Positions 38,962 to 51,400 of a stretch of DNA of 64,000 nucleotides are shown piece after piece (the stretch's first letter is position 1; every line of letters starts with the position of its first letter). Made by a program: the position numbers and the translations under genes. The notes under the pieces are model-generated. The model had not been told where the DNA came from. It ran no database searches and was given only the letters and a program-made list of their open reading frames with translations. Where the stretch lies: the NCBI GenBank assembly GCA_030295235.1, contig AP026150.1, positions 558,001-622,000 of the forward strand, written 5' to 3'. The DNA is from Fistulifera solaris (taxonomy: Eukaryota).

Positions 38962-41110
38962 ATTGTGTTAATCTCCTAAGCATGACGTTCGGTTCGTTGG
39001 TAACCGAGCGCTTCACCGCACAACACTCAGGTTATGCCCTCTAGATTCTCCCGACAGATCACAGCGAGCACAGAGAGTGTCCATTAGTTGGGGTTAGTGA
39101 TGATGCGATGACCGACACCCTTCCTGCTAGAGCGTCAGAGAGCGTACGGTATGAGTTAGCTTGACCAAAAAGGTCTCACTCCAGTCAAAATGAAAATATC
39201 TTCTTGAAAGTTGCGCTACGATCTGCGTTGCACAAGCTCTTTCTCCATTCTTAAGCGCTTTACCAGCTGCTTAAAGCCGTTCGATTTTCAATGCGCACGT
39301 TACATCATGTAGAATGTGGAGTGCTTTTACATACTTGGTGTTCCTGCTCTCGGAGAACCGCAGACCTTCTATCTTCTATGCAAGTTATACGGGTTACGGG
39401 TTGCGGATACCGGTACGGTACCAGGTACCGGTACCGTAGACCTAAATCAATACCAGTACCAGAGATAAGAGTCGAAACTGGTGGTTCATAATTACCAGGA
39501 AGTAAGATTTAATGATGTCCCAGTGACAGTGACAGTGCCAGTGACAAACTTCATTCATCGGGTAACAAGGAATTCGAAAATACTTCTAAAATAATGGCCG
39601 TCGTCGTCAATTGTGATTTAATCACGAATCGAATCATCATCATTATCATTGTTATTGACCGGAGCAGCGCGCTGCCTGCGCGCAAGCGCGCTCGTCAACG
39701 CGAATACCAGGTAAATGTTTGAAAAACGGATGGTTTCAATCCCCGGAAAGTTCACAGTTTTCATTCAGAAAGCATTGAGTCTTGAGTGCCGGAGTTCCCA
39801 CTTTCTTGTCGATAGTATCTTGCATTCCGATTGTCTCAACAGATTACAGTTTGAAATAATGTGAAGTGCTAGAGTGAAAACGTGTAAACTAGGGCGTAAG
39901 AAGTCTATACGGAGTCTCATTATGAATTTGGCGTCTGCTTACGCTCCGTCGAATTTATAAACAAAACGAGTTCCCTTGTCACACAATGACACCTTTATTA
40001 TTGCCTTTTGGCATTCCGATGGGCGGGTTCTTGCTACGCAAGACGCTGGTGGCTCCAAGCTATTTCACTGTACAGTTTCTCAGAAATTGTAGTGATGATG
40101 TATCCGGAACAACCCGGAGCAACTCCTTTTGAGTACCTTTTAGGGCGCACTCAAGTACCCACTCGTGACTTAGCTCATATAAGCCCCTTAAACACAACTG
40201 TGAAAACTGTGCAAGTTTTGTAAGATTTACGCTTCGAATTTCGAAACAGTGAGCCTGCAATCTCGATAGCTTCGGAGTGTTTGATGGTAGGGAATAAATG
40301 GGAAGACAAACCAAGAAGAAAGACAAAAGAGGCTGTGCATTAAATAAATCATAACAAATAAATACTCTACCCAAAGGATATAGAAGAGGTGAAAGCGCAT
40401 TCCAACTCCATATCCAGCGCAGCGATCATCATCAGAGTGAAGCGCGATCAGCATTTGTATATAAAATTGAAATCAAAATGACAAGAGTACCAGACTCATT
40501 CGATCATAGAGATCCCTGGCATCAAGTGTTGCTGTTAGTCTTTTACGGATCAGTCAGCATGCTCTGGTTCTATTCTATTTCAAGATGGACAAACTTAATC
40601 AACTCGCTGCAAGTCATCTACAACGATTGGGGCAGGACGCCTCTCGATCCTGTTCCAGGTGAATACGCGGAGGAACCCGTTGTGACGGTTCAAATTGCTA
40701 CCTACAATGAGGGCACCGTCGTTGGAGATACTATTGCGAGAGCGTGTGCGCTCGATTGGCCCCGAGACAAGCTCTTCATTCAAGTTTGTGACGACTCGAC
40801 CGAGAAAGAGAGTATCGCGATCATCGAGAACTTGATAATGAGCTGGAGAGAAAAAGGTTTTAATGTCGAGCGCTTATTTCGACATGATCGAATCGGCTAT
40901 AAGGCGGGGAATCTTCAGCACAACTTTCAGTTCATCAAAGGAGATTACGTTGCATATCTGGATGCCGATCACATGGTAGAGCCTCAGTTTCTTCGCCGAA
41001 CTATTCCTCACTTTTACGACGAGAGCGGAAAGACAAAGACTCATATTGGGCTCGTACAAACACCCTGGTGCTACTACAACACACATCAGAATCTTCTCAC
41101 AGAATGTGGT
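37124..41110 (+). repeat. Near-identical ~594-bp direct repeat covering exon 1 of both GT2 copies
   Basis: 37124..37717 matches 40517..41110 (offset 3393), with three substitutions noticed by eye. Confidence 0.93.
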
Positions 41111-44100
41111 ATGTCGACGAAATGTTTGTGCTTCTGAATTCAATCGTTTAGAAAGCTTCGATTCGATCTAACATTCTGCTTTTTTTGTAAGATGCGCTCG
41201 GGCTCGACATTCACCACGTTATTGAACAAGTCGGTCGGTGTTGCTCGTATAACATGTTCGGTTTCAATGGTACTGGCGGTGTATGGAGAAAGCAAGCGGT
41301 TGAAGACGCAGGTGGCTTTTCTTGGGATACTGTGACAGAAGACTTGTTGTTATCGTACAAGGCACATCTGGAGGGGTACGAGTTTGTTTACGTGCGAGAT
41401 GCTCCCCAAGCTCTGGAAGTACCCAGTTGCATTCTCGCTCATGTGCAACAGAAACAGCGATGGACCAAAGGGTTCATGCAGGTCCTTAGAATGTACTACA
41501 CCGACATTCTCTTCTCCAAGCAAGCGACCTTTGCAGTCAAGCTGGAGGCGCTTATGCACTTGAGCGGCCCTCTCCAACTTGTTGCTGCTATGACTGCGCT
41601 ACTAGCGTACCCCTACCTCGTTTTCCACAAAATCGATTCCTTTTTGGTCAAGATCGTATCCATCTTGGCTTTGACTGAACCCGTCGCTGCCGCAATCCAC
41701 GCCATCGTATCAAAAATCCCAGGTGAAAACGGGCACTACACGTACTGGCACTCCAAGGTAGCGCGGCTTCTAACAATTCTTCCGTACTTTGCGCTCCGTT
41801 TCGGGATGACTCCTTTTGAGACCAAAGCTATCTTTGAAGGCTTCTTCTCAGACGATGCAACCTTCCACACCACCCCTAAAGAAGGTAGTAACTCCGCAGT
41901 TTCGGCTGTAAAACGCGCCAAGAAAGTAGTGCGAACCGGAGGCGATGACATGGCTGCCGGAGTTGGGCTTTTCCTGGCAATCCATCAATTCATCTACGTC
42001 TTTGCATTCGATATGCACATGCCCTGCCACACTGTATTCGACGTGGTTGTGCGAGCGTTGAATCTTCTCATTTGCATAGGCCTCTTCACTGTATCCATAA
42101 TGTTCTTTCTTTCAAAACACCCATCTTTGGGACAGCGAGCCCTTCACTCGCTAGCCAATACGAGACATGTGTTCCTTTCGGTTGCTCTTCTAGCATACAC
42201 GGTAGGCTACATGACGTGCTTCATGTCCAGCGGCGAGGTAAGTCTTTCTGCAAGTCTCATTCAACTCTTACATTCGATATCTCACAAAATGACATTTGCA
42301 CGTAATTAGATCGATTTTTCAATAACTGAGAAGCACACCATCAATAACACAATGTTTGCAAGTAATAATGATGATGGAATCGTTTCTCCGTCAAAGGCGT
42401 TCGAAGTGATCGACACAATTCGTCCATTGGCATGCCGACCCAAGGTAGCAGCGAAAGCGTTTTCATCTGTGATCGCCCTTGGCCTGCCTCGTACGGGTTC
42501 GACTCTAATGTTCAATTTCCTGACCGAACTCGGAAAGCACTATCCGAACATCGACAACTTGAGCCTGTTCGAGACTTTTGCGCCTGTATCAACGATGCAG
42601 CTTCCCGGTCTGACGCAAATTGTCGACATTCTGAGAAGGAATTGCGACGGGCTGGAGCCTGGCGAAAAGACAATGTTCCAGCAACGATTTGACTTTCAGT
42701 CCGAACAAGAGCTGTACGAGTACCTGCGCAAGGATGGACATCCCGATATCTATGAGCCGCTTATCGCAGCCCATTCCAATAGGTACAAGGATCCGCTGAG
42801 CTGGTTGCATTATGTCGAGAGCGTACCGTCCACCGGAGATTACGGCTACGTGGAGTACAAGGTGTTCGACCACGACATGTTGGAAATCGGCATTAGCTCC
42901 CCCGAGCTGATCGACTCGATGCAATCCCCCAACACAAAGTTCGTCATCAACTACCGCCGCAACCTGCTGGAATCATACGTGTCGCAGAAAATTGCCGAAG
43001 CCAGCGGTAACTGGGTCGGAGCAAAAACGACATCGGATGACGCCATCACGATCAACCGCCAGGAATTCGAAGACTACATCAAAGCCAAGGTAACTTATTT
43101 TCAAGAGATTCGTGAGCATCTAGATGGCAAGAATATCCCGTACTCCGTCTTCGAGTACAACACCCATTTGGGAGCAGAACCTCAGCAACGAGACACGCTT
43201 CGACACTTGCAGAAGCTGCTACGTTTGCGTGTCGATGATACGATCGTCGAAGATATCATGGCCGGACTAAGAAGGAAGAAACAATCGACGGTTCCTGTCA
43301 GGGAGCAGATTCGGAACTGGGACGAAGTCGTGCAGTGGGGACTCGGCAAGGAAAAGGACGAAGATTGGGAAGACTTGTTTGCATCGGTCGATAACAGCAA
43401 GGCGCTTGTGGCATACCAGCCTCCTACGCAGCTTGCGTGCAAAGTCGGCGCCCCGGCGAAACCCATGTCGTCTGTGATCGCCCTTGGCCTGCCTCGTACG
43501 GGTTCGACTTTAATGTTCAATTTCCTGACCGAACTCGGAAAGCACTATCCGAACATCGACAACTTGAGCCTGTTCGAGACTTTTGCGCCTGTATCAACGA
43601 TGCAGCTTCCCGGTCTGACGCAAATTGTCGACATTCTGAGAAGGAATTGCGACGGGCTGGAGCCTGGCGAAAAGACAATGTTCCAGCAACGATTTGACTT
43701 TCAGTCCGAACAAGAGCTGTACGAGTACCTGCGCAAGGATGGACATCCCGATATCTATGAGCCGCTTATCGCAGCCCATTCCAATAGGTACAAGGATCCG
43801 CTGAGCTGGTTGCATTATGTCGAGAGCGTACCGTCCACCGGAGATTACGGCTACGTGGAGTACAAGGTGTTCGACCACGACATGTTGGAAATCGGCATTA
43901 GCTCCCCCGAGCTGATCGACTCGATGCAATCCCCCAACACAAAGTTCGTCATCAACTACCGCCGCAACCTGCTGGAATCATACGTGTCGCAGAAAATTGC
44001 CGAAGCCAGCGGTAACTGGGTCGGAGCAAAAACGACATCGGATGACGCCATCACGATCAACCGCCAGGAATTCGAAGACTACATCAAAGCCAAGGTAACT

Positions 44101-44418
44101 TATTTTCAAGAGATTCGTGAGCATCTAGATGGCAAGAATATCCCGTACTCCGTCTTCGAGTACAACACCCATTTGGGAGCAGAACCTCAGCAACGAGACA
44201 CGCTTCGACACTTGCAGAAGCTGCTACGTTTGCGTGTCGATGATACGATCGTCGAAGATATCATGGCCGGACTAAGAAGGAAGAAACAATCGACGGTTCC
44301 TGTCAGGGAGCAGATTCGGAACTGGGACGAAGTCGTGCAGTGGGGACTCGGCAAGGAAAAGGACGAAGATTGGGAAGATCTTTTTCCTGGCGCTTCGCAG
44401 TCTGTGTCGTTTAGATGA
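40478..44418 (+). CDS. GT2 (CSLA/CSLC-like) synthase fused to two tandem Stf0-like sulfotransferase domains, ~1261 aa
   Basis: Exons 40478..41108, 41192..42237 and 42310..44418 all join in frame. Full D, DxD, TED, QxxRW signature. Each C-terminal repeat has the 5'-PSB loop GLPRTGST and a 3'-PB-like YRRNLLESYVS. Confidence 0.85.
42466..44378 (+). repeat. Near-perfect intragenic direct repeat: 908 bp x2, period 1005 bp
   Basis: 42466..43373 matches 43471..44378. Only one difference noticed by eye (C42505 vs T43510, synonymous). Confidence 0.95.
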
Positions 44419-44644
44419 AACAGGAATATTATAATGTATAAACTCATGACGCTTTTAGCCCGATCGAAAGATTCCGCTAGATTGTTTTGCCAATTCAATA
44501 GATTCTTTTTAATCAGTAATCTATTCCTCTCTGGACGCTTTTAGTTGCTGCCGTTTGACAGTTCGCTGAAACGCAAGAATTTATCACGCCAATGAGAGTT
44601 GAGGTCAACAAGACGCGGCAAACGATAATCGTCATATGTGCTAC

Positions 44645-47410
44645 TTACCGTTCTACGGCTTCAGCGATGCGTGATCGCCACTTAGCGAAATGGTCGTCTC
44701 CGTTTGTTGTTGGAGCATCCTCCATCAGTACGTCGACCAGCCGGAGTAAAACTGGACTTGTGTCTTTACCGGGAGGGGTCAATTCGTAAAAAAATCGGAG
44801 GGGATACACGATAGCTGCTAGCCGCGTCTTTTATCGCAACCGCTAAAGCTGGACTTATGTGAGCCGATTTAGGACTGCGGGTGGTGACAATATGCGCCGC
44901 ATGCAGGACTAAGATTTGATCAGGTGCATCCAAAAACAACAACAGAGGGCGCTTCGATGTCTGATCGTACTCCATGACAGCTTCCTGAACGGCAGAAGAA
45001 GACAAATCCATAACATCCATTATTGGCTCATCCTCCAATTCGAGACAACCAAGATTACTGCTAGGAACGCTGGGTGAACTCTCCCATAATTGTAGACGGG
45101 GTGCAATAGCCCGGGCCAAGACACTAGGAATCATATTCGACATTTGACAAAGCGTTTGTAAACGGTAGTCCAAATGAGTCGGAAAAGACCGCAAGGAATC
45201 GCATTGCGTCAATAAAAACACCATCAGTGGTATCAATGCAAGCTTAGCGTGACCTTGAGCAAGCAACACATCTTTCGGACTTAACCCACCAACACGATCT
45301 AACAAGCGCTCCGCCGCATGAAAATATCCATCTGTCGCAGTTTCCACGTTCTTCTTCTTTTGTTCTTTTTCCAAGATAGCCTGCTCTTCGGCAGATTGGT
45401 ACGCGCATACCAGAAGTGACTGCAGCCACTGTTCCCCCAGCGTAAAATAGTCTTCACTTTCATCTTGCATCGATGAAAGCACTAGTTTATGAAAGAGGAC
45501 AACGGCTAGTGCTTCTGGGTCAAGAGAATCATAAAGATCTTCAACATTGTTAGCAAAGGGCATGCGACGACTTGAAATGCGCATTCGTCTAACGGTAGAA
45601 TGTTCTCCCGTTGCAGCATCCTTCACAATTGTGGTATAGGCAAAGCAGGTCTGTAATACTGGCTTGAGTTGAACTTGTCCGAATCCACTGACGAGCATGC
45701 GTTGCTGTACCGAGGATTTTTCCAACGTCAAGTCGACAGCAAGATTGGTATGCGAATCGCAAACTCCCATACGCCACAACTGACTCGAATCTTCCTCCGG
45801 ACAAATAGGGCCAATCATTCCAGCTTGTGAATAAAGCGACGACAGTTGAGGCCGCGGCTGATGTTGTTTTGAAGGGGCAACAACAGGTTCGGAATCCACC
45901 ATCAAACCAGGGGACAATCGAACGCGCAGTTCAGCCCCAAAGACGCATTTCCAGGGTGCAATCTGGTGTAAATGAGAAGTCATGAAGGAACAATCCACTT
46001 CGCCGTTGGGCTGAATCGGAATATTCACAGGACCATGTGGACATCCACTGTTGGAAAGCAACGCAATGGCCACGGCACATTCAGCTGTTTCGTGACACAA
46101 AAGCAAATCAACTCCCATGGATGCCGATGCACACTGCTTTCCTAGATCAGCATATACCTGATCCCAGTCTCCAAACTCTTCTAAAGCAGATGGCGTCCAT
46201 TTTGCGTTGTGTTGTGTCCTCTGCATCCCATTTGTTGTGTCCCTAGGGACGCCTTCCTCATCTGGTGATATGCCTGATGCTTCCGTCGAATGCATTCCAT
46301 CGGGGACAGAGAAACGTGACCCTAATGGTAGTGTACCATAAACTCGGCCGCCCAAACAGTAAGCGGCGGAATCACGTCTTTGTTCCCAGAAGATGAATTC
46401 CATTTCCATTCCGAGGGTCGACTGGCAAGAAAACACGTCAACTTAGCCCCACAATACGGTAGGGCTCCTTGTGTTGTTGGAGTAGCAGCTGTAGGTGTTG
46501 ACGCTGTTCGAGCTTGTCGTCCAGCAGCTACTGCATTCTCTTCCAAGGCGGACAGTACGACCTGTGTCGTCCAGGCCAAAGGAAAACCCGTCCCTGTAGC
46601 CGAATACTGCTCTAACGACTGCATAGCCGTTTGCATCTGTGCGCGATACTCCGACAAAGGGACACAGGAATTCAAGACGGCTTGCAATAGATCTTGTTGC
46701 GACCTTGTGCAGTCGGCTTGGGAAGACATTTGAATGAAATAAGGGACATTGGAAGTGAGTTGGTAGATCGAGAGTTTCATGATCGATTCGAGTGAGTTGC
46801 TATGTGTACTTTGATTCTCAGCCTCTTCGTTATCGTTCACAGAAGAAGGAGAAACGAGTGTGTGCGCTATTAACAAGCTGATGTGCACATGCGACGGAGC
46901 CTGTTCGAGTACTTGCAATATTGCACAAGATGTGGCCTTCCAGTAATGTGAATTGCGACAGGATCCATCCAGCACAAAGAACCAAAGTGGTGGACACGTT
47001 ATGGCGGGGACACGATAGAGACTCGACGGTGAGGAAGACGAAGACGATATCCGCAAGGGTAAATGAAAGACTTGCCCCGATGTGGATGCCTGCGATTGTT
47101 TGTCCTGTTGTTGCTGATAAGAATCAGAAGAAGACGAGACGCGCCCACACAAATAACATAAAATCATTGACGAAGAACCCAATTGGAAATGAGTCGTTCG
47201 ATTCGGATGTGGTGCTCCACATTGCGAACACTTAAGTATTTGTGTCAGATAACGTGGTTCTTCGTCTTCCTCTGTAATATCATGATTCGTCGGAGGTAAA
47301 GGCGTCAAAGAGACAGCAAACGGTAAATTGGAGTCATCGAGTATTTGTGTATTAACAGGAAAGCGAGCGGTTACGGGTCGTATACTATCATTCCAGAATT
47401 CGCGCGTCAT
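44645..47410 (-). CDS. Divergent Sec23/Sec24-family COPII coat protein
   Basis: NLPFAVSLTP, zinc finger CSQCGA...CYLCG, trunk strand FFVLDGS, MGVDL, AELRVRLSPGL, QTCFAYT...RRMRIS and FLDAPDQILV. Frameshifts near 46410 and 44790. Confidence 0.72.
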
Positions 47411-48461
47411 TACTTAGATTTTGGAAGTAAATAGCGACACAGAAAAGAGAAAACGAGATCAATGAAAGGCATAAGTTTGCTTTTGTAACACAAGAAACAA
47501 TGCCCTCGCTCGCCTTTCGTTCAATCTCAACGGAGCCCTTATCCGCACACCGGTACCTGGTAATGACGAATGACGACTGCCTCGTGAGCACATCCAGTCG
47601 TGAAGAAAGGTCGTCTACATTTCAGCACATAGCAGTTTGACAATTACGAACTATCCGAAACTTTTTTCACGCATATTTTAGTGTTAGTGGAAAAAAAAAT
47701 GCAAATGGCACAACTTTTTTCATTAGCACTTACGCCCGAGTCAAAATTGCATGAAATGTCACTTTTGGTATCACATTTGAAGACGTATTTGTCGCTTTTA
47801 ATCGCTTTCCAATCCCTTAGTACATGACTGAGTCATTTCGCAGCACCTTATCGAATAGGTGCAGCGCACATAAGCTCGTATTTCGATATCTGAACGAAAT
47901 GAACTTAAAATAAGTTGCATTTTCTGAGTAAACCTTGCTCCTTCCGCTCGTAAATGCTTACGCTTACGGATCATTGTCTTGTGTATTTACTATAGGCTGA
48001 ACTGTTTGTTCACAACAGGGACGACTGCCCTTCCGTCATAGATGTTTTAACACGTTTTTGAAGCATAGGTCTACGCAGCTGGTATGAATATGATTGCGCA
48101 GACTGAAACTGAGACTGTTACCGTTCTATTGCTGTACAGTACTGGTATCTTCGTTGTTGTTGAGGATGTGGACTGTTAACGACTAGCGAGTTGAAGAAGT
48201 ATCAGTAGCGAGCATCCATTCAAAGTTAAAAGTCCGAACGCCTGTCAGTCGCTCATTAGCCGCGTGAAATACTTCCACGTGGAAGTGGTTTCGACCGGAG
48301 GAACAAGCGAAATGACGCGTGTGGCGTGCGGACGAGCCAACAAAAGCCGCCGCCGCCTTTCTTCAAACTTAGACGTAGAAAGACAATAAATAATAAGAGA
48401 TCATTGATGGATCGAACACAAGTCGTCCTTTTTATTGTATTCTTTTCCTGTTGCTAGCAAA

Positions 48462-51400
48462 ATGACTTCTCTTCCCGCAAATTTAGACTTTCCCGCAATG
48501 GAGAGTAAAATTTGTGATGAATGGAAACAAAACGATACGTTTCAGACGCAAAATAAACTGAGTTTAGAGCGCAACGATGAGGTGTGTTTTGTTATTTGCT
48601 AATTACTGAGTCTCTTTCCTGATTTAAATGTAGACTTCTTGTCGCTTGGTTCTCCCGTTCCTGTTCTGACAGTGTCTATCCTCCATCCTCTTTCCTCATT
48701 TTCCTCTTAACACACTCACAGCGCTTTACGTTTTACGATGGTCCTCCCTTTGCGACGGGTTTGCCGCATTACGGTCACATTCTCGCCGGCACCATCAAAG
48801 ATACGGTCACGCGTTACGCTGCCATGACGGGGCATTACGTCAGTCGTCGGGCGGGTTGGGATTGTCACGGATTGCCCGTCGAGTACGAAATCGATCAGAT
48901 GCTCAACATTACGCATCGTGATCAAGTACTCGAAATGGGGATTGATAAGTACAACGATACTTGTCGCAGTATTGTTACGCGATACACGGAGGAATGGGAA
49001 ACCACGATCCTTCGTTTGGGACGCTGGATTGATTTTCAGAATGATTACAAGACGATGGACCTAGACTTTATGGAGAGTGTTTGGTGGGTGTTTCGACAGC
49101 TTTTTGACAAGCAACTCGTCTATCAAGGATACAAAGTTATGCCCTACTCGACAGCATGTACAACTCCGCTCAGTAACTTTGAAGCCGGTCTCAATTACAA
49201 GGATGTCAAGGATCCCGCCGTCGTGGTGAGTTTCCCCGTCAAGGAAGGCAATGCTAAGTTCGTCAACGCCAGTCTTCTCGCCTGGACGACGACACCATGG
49301 ACATTGCCTTCCAACTTGGCACTCTGTGTTAACCCGCAGATGGAATATGTACTTCTCACGGACAAGAAGACACAACATAAGTACATTTTGGCGAAATCGA
49401 GATTGCCGCAAATCTACGAAGCCATGAACAACAAGAAAAAGTGGAAACCGGAAATGGCCGATGATTTCTATGAAATTCATGAAAGCTTCCCTGGCACAGA
49501 GTTGGTGGGTCTGCGTTATGAGCCTTTGTTTCAGTTTTTGAATCACCAAATTACTTTCAAGTGATTTCCGACTCGTACGTGACTGACGATGCCGGTACTG
49601 GAGTGGTTCATCAAGCGCCGGCTTTTGGTGAAGACGATTACCGCGTGTGTTTGGCGCACGGAGTCATTCAGAAAGGCTCAGATATTCCTTGCCCGGTCGA
49701 TGCCAATGGAAATTTCACAGATCCAGTCGAACCCGTGAAAGGAGTGCACGTCAAGGCAGCGGATCCTACTCTCATTCAACTCATCAAAGACAAGGGTCGC
49801 TTGGTACAAAAGGCTGTTCTGGATCACAGTTATCCATTTTGCTGGAGATCGGATACTCCACTCATTTACAAAGCCGTTCCCTCGTGGTTTGTCAAAGTTG
49901 AAGAAATCCGTGATCAGGTCGTGGCTTGCAATCAAGAGACCTATTGGGTTCCGAACGAGGTTAAAGAAGGGCGTTTCCACAATTGGCTATCAGACGCACG
50001 TGATTGGGCTGTTTCGCGCAATCGCTTTTGGGGTACGCCGATTCCTATCTGGGCCAATGAAGATTTGTCGGAAGTGGTTTGCATTGGAAGTTTGGACGAA
50101 TTAGAGGAAAAAACGGGGGTCCGTGTAACAGACTTGCATCGAGAAACAGTTGATTCATTGACTATTCCCAGTCAGAAGAATCCTGGAACTGTACTAAGAC
50201 GCGTCGAAGAAGTCTTTGACTGTTGGTTCGAGTCGGGTTCGATGCCATATGCGCAAAGTCATTATCCATTTGAAGATAAAGAGGGGTGGGAAAAGGGCTT
50301 CCCGGCTGATTTTATCGCCGAGGGGTTGGATCAGACTCGTGGTTGGTTCTACACGCTCATGGTTCTCTCGACGGCCCTTTTTGGCAAGCCGGCGTTCAAG
50401 AACAACATCGTAAACGGTATGGTGTTGGCAGCCGACGGACAGAAAATGTCAAAGCGCAAGAAGAATTATCCGGATCCCAACCTCGTCATATCCAAGTACG
50501 GCGCTGACGCCCTTCGTATGTACCTAGTCAATTCACCCGTTGTTCGTGCGGAATCTTTGAAATTCAAAGAGGAAGGTGTATTGGGAGTCGTCAAAGAAGT
50601 CTTTTGCCTCTTTACAATGTGTTTAGATTCTTCTTACAAAACGTGGAACGCTGGGAAACAGAGTCAGGCATCAATTTTGTCCCGGATGCAGTTAAGGTTC
50701 GCTCCACCGAAAACGCCACTGACATTTGGATCGTCGCGGAAACACAGGGGCTCATTCAATATGTACATGCCGAGATGAAAGCCTACCGTTTGTACACAGT
50801 GATGCCCGCTTTGGTCAAATTTGGGACTCAGCTGACGAATTGGTACCTACGCCTCAACCGCGACCGTTTGAAGGGACAAGAAGGCGACGAACAGGCTGAA
50901 TCTGACACCGAGGTGGGGTTGCAAGTTCTCTACGACGTGTTACTGGACGTTTCGACGATGATGGCCCCGTTTACACCGTTCTTGACGGAGTATTTTTACC
51001 AGCATTTGCGTAAATATCAGCCATCCTATGCCGAAGCTGCCAACGGGGGAGGTACATCGAATCCCGTCAAGCCAGGCAAAAGTGACTCTATCCATTTTTT
51101 ACGTCTTCCTGACTACGATGAAACACGGCTCAATCCTAACGCGGTGGAGGCAATGGAGACATTGCAAAACATTGTGGAACAAGGTCGAAACGCACGCGAG
51201 AAGCGTAATCTCAGCCTTAAGTTCCCCATCAAAAGTGTCAAGGTCATTCTTCGAAATCCTCCCGAGCATGTTGTTACAGCGATTACTGGTCCGCTGAAGA
51301 AATACATTTTGAGCGAACTCAATGCTTGGGATCTCACTGTTGTACCAAAAGAAGAGCACCACGACTGGGTTACACTCTCGTTATCGCCAAACTTCAAAGA

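Noticed and set aside
38986..39012. Hairpin cgttcggtt...aaccgagcg as a tRNA or terminator
   Set aside because: No cloverleaf or A/B boxes; a single short stem in a 3' UTR is not enough evidence.
42352..44418. Stand-alone 688-aa sulfotransferase gene, as in the ORF track
   Set aside because: It has no signal or TM anchor and no room for a promoter. The frame is open back to an AG acceptor at 42309 that is in phase with the GT2 donor.
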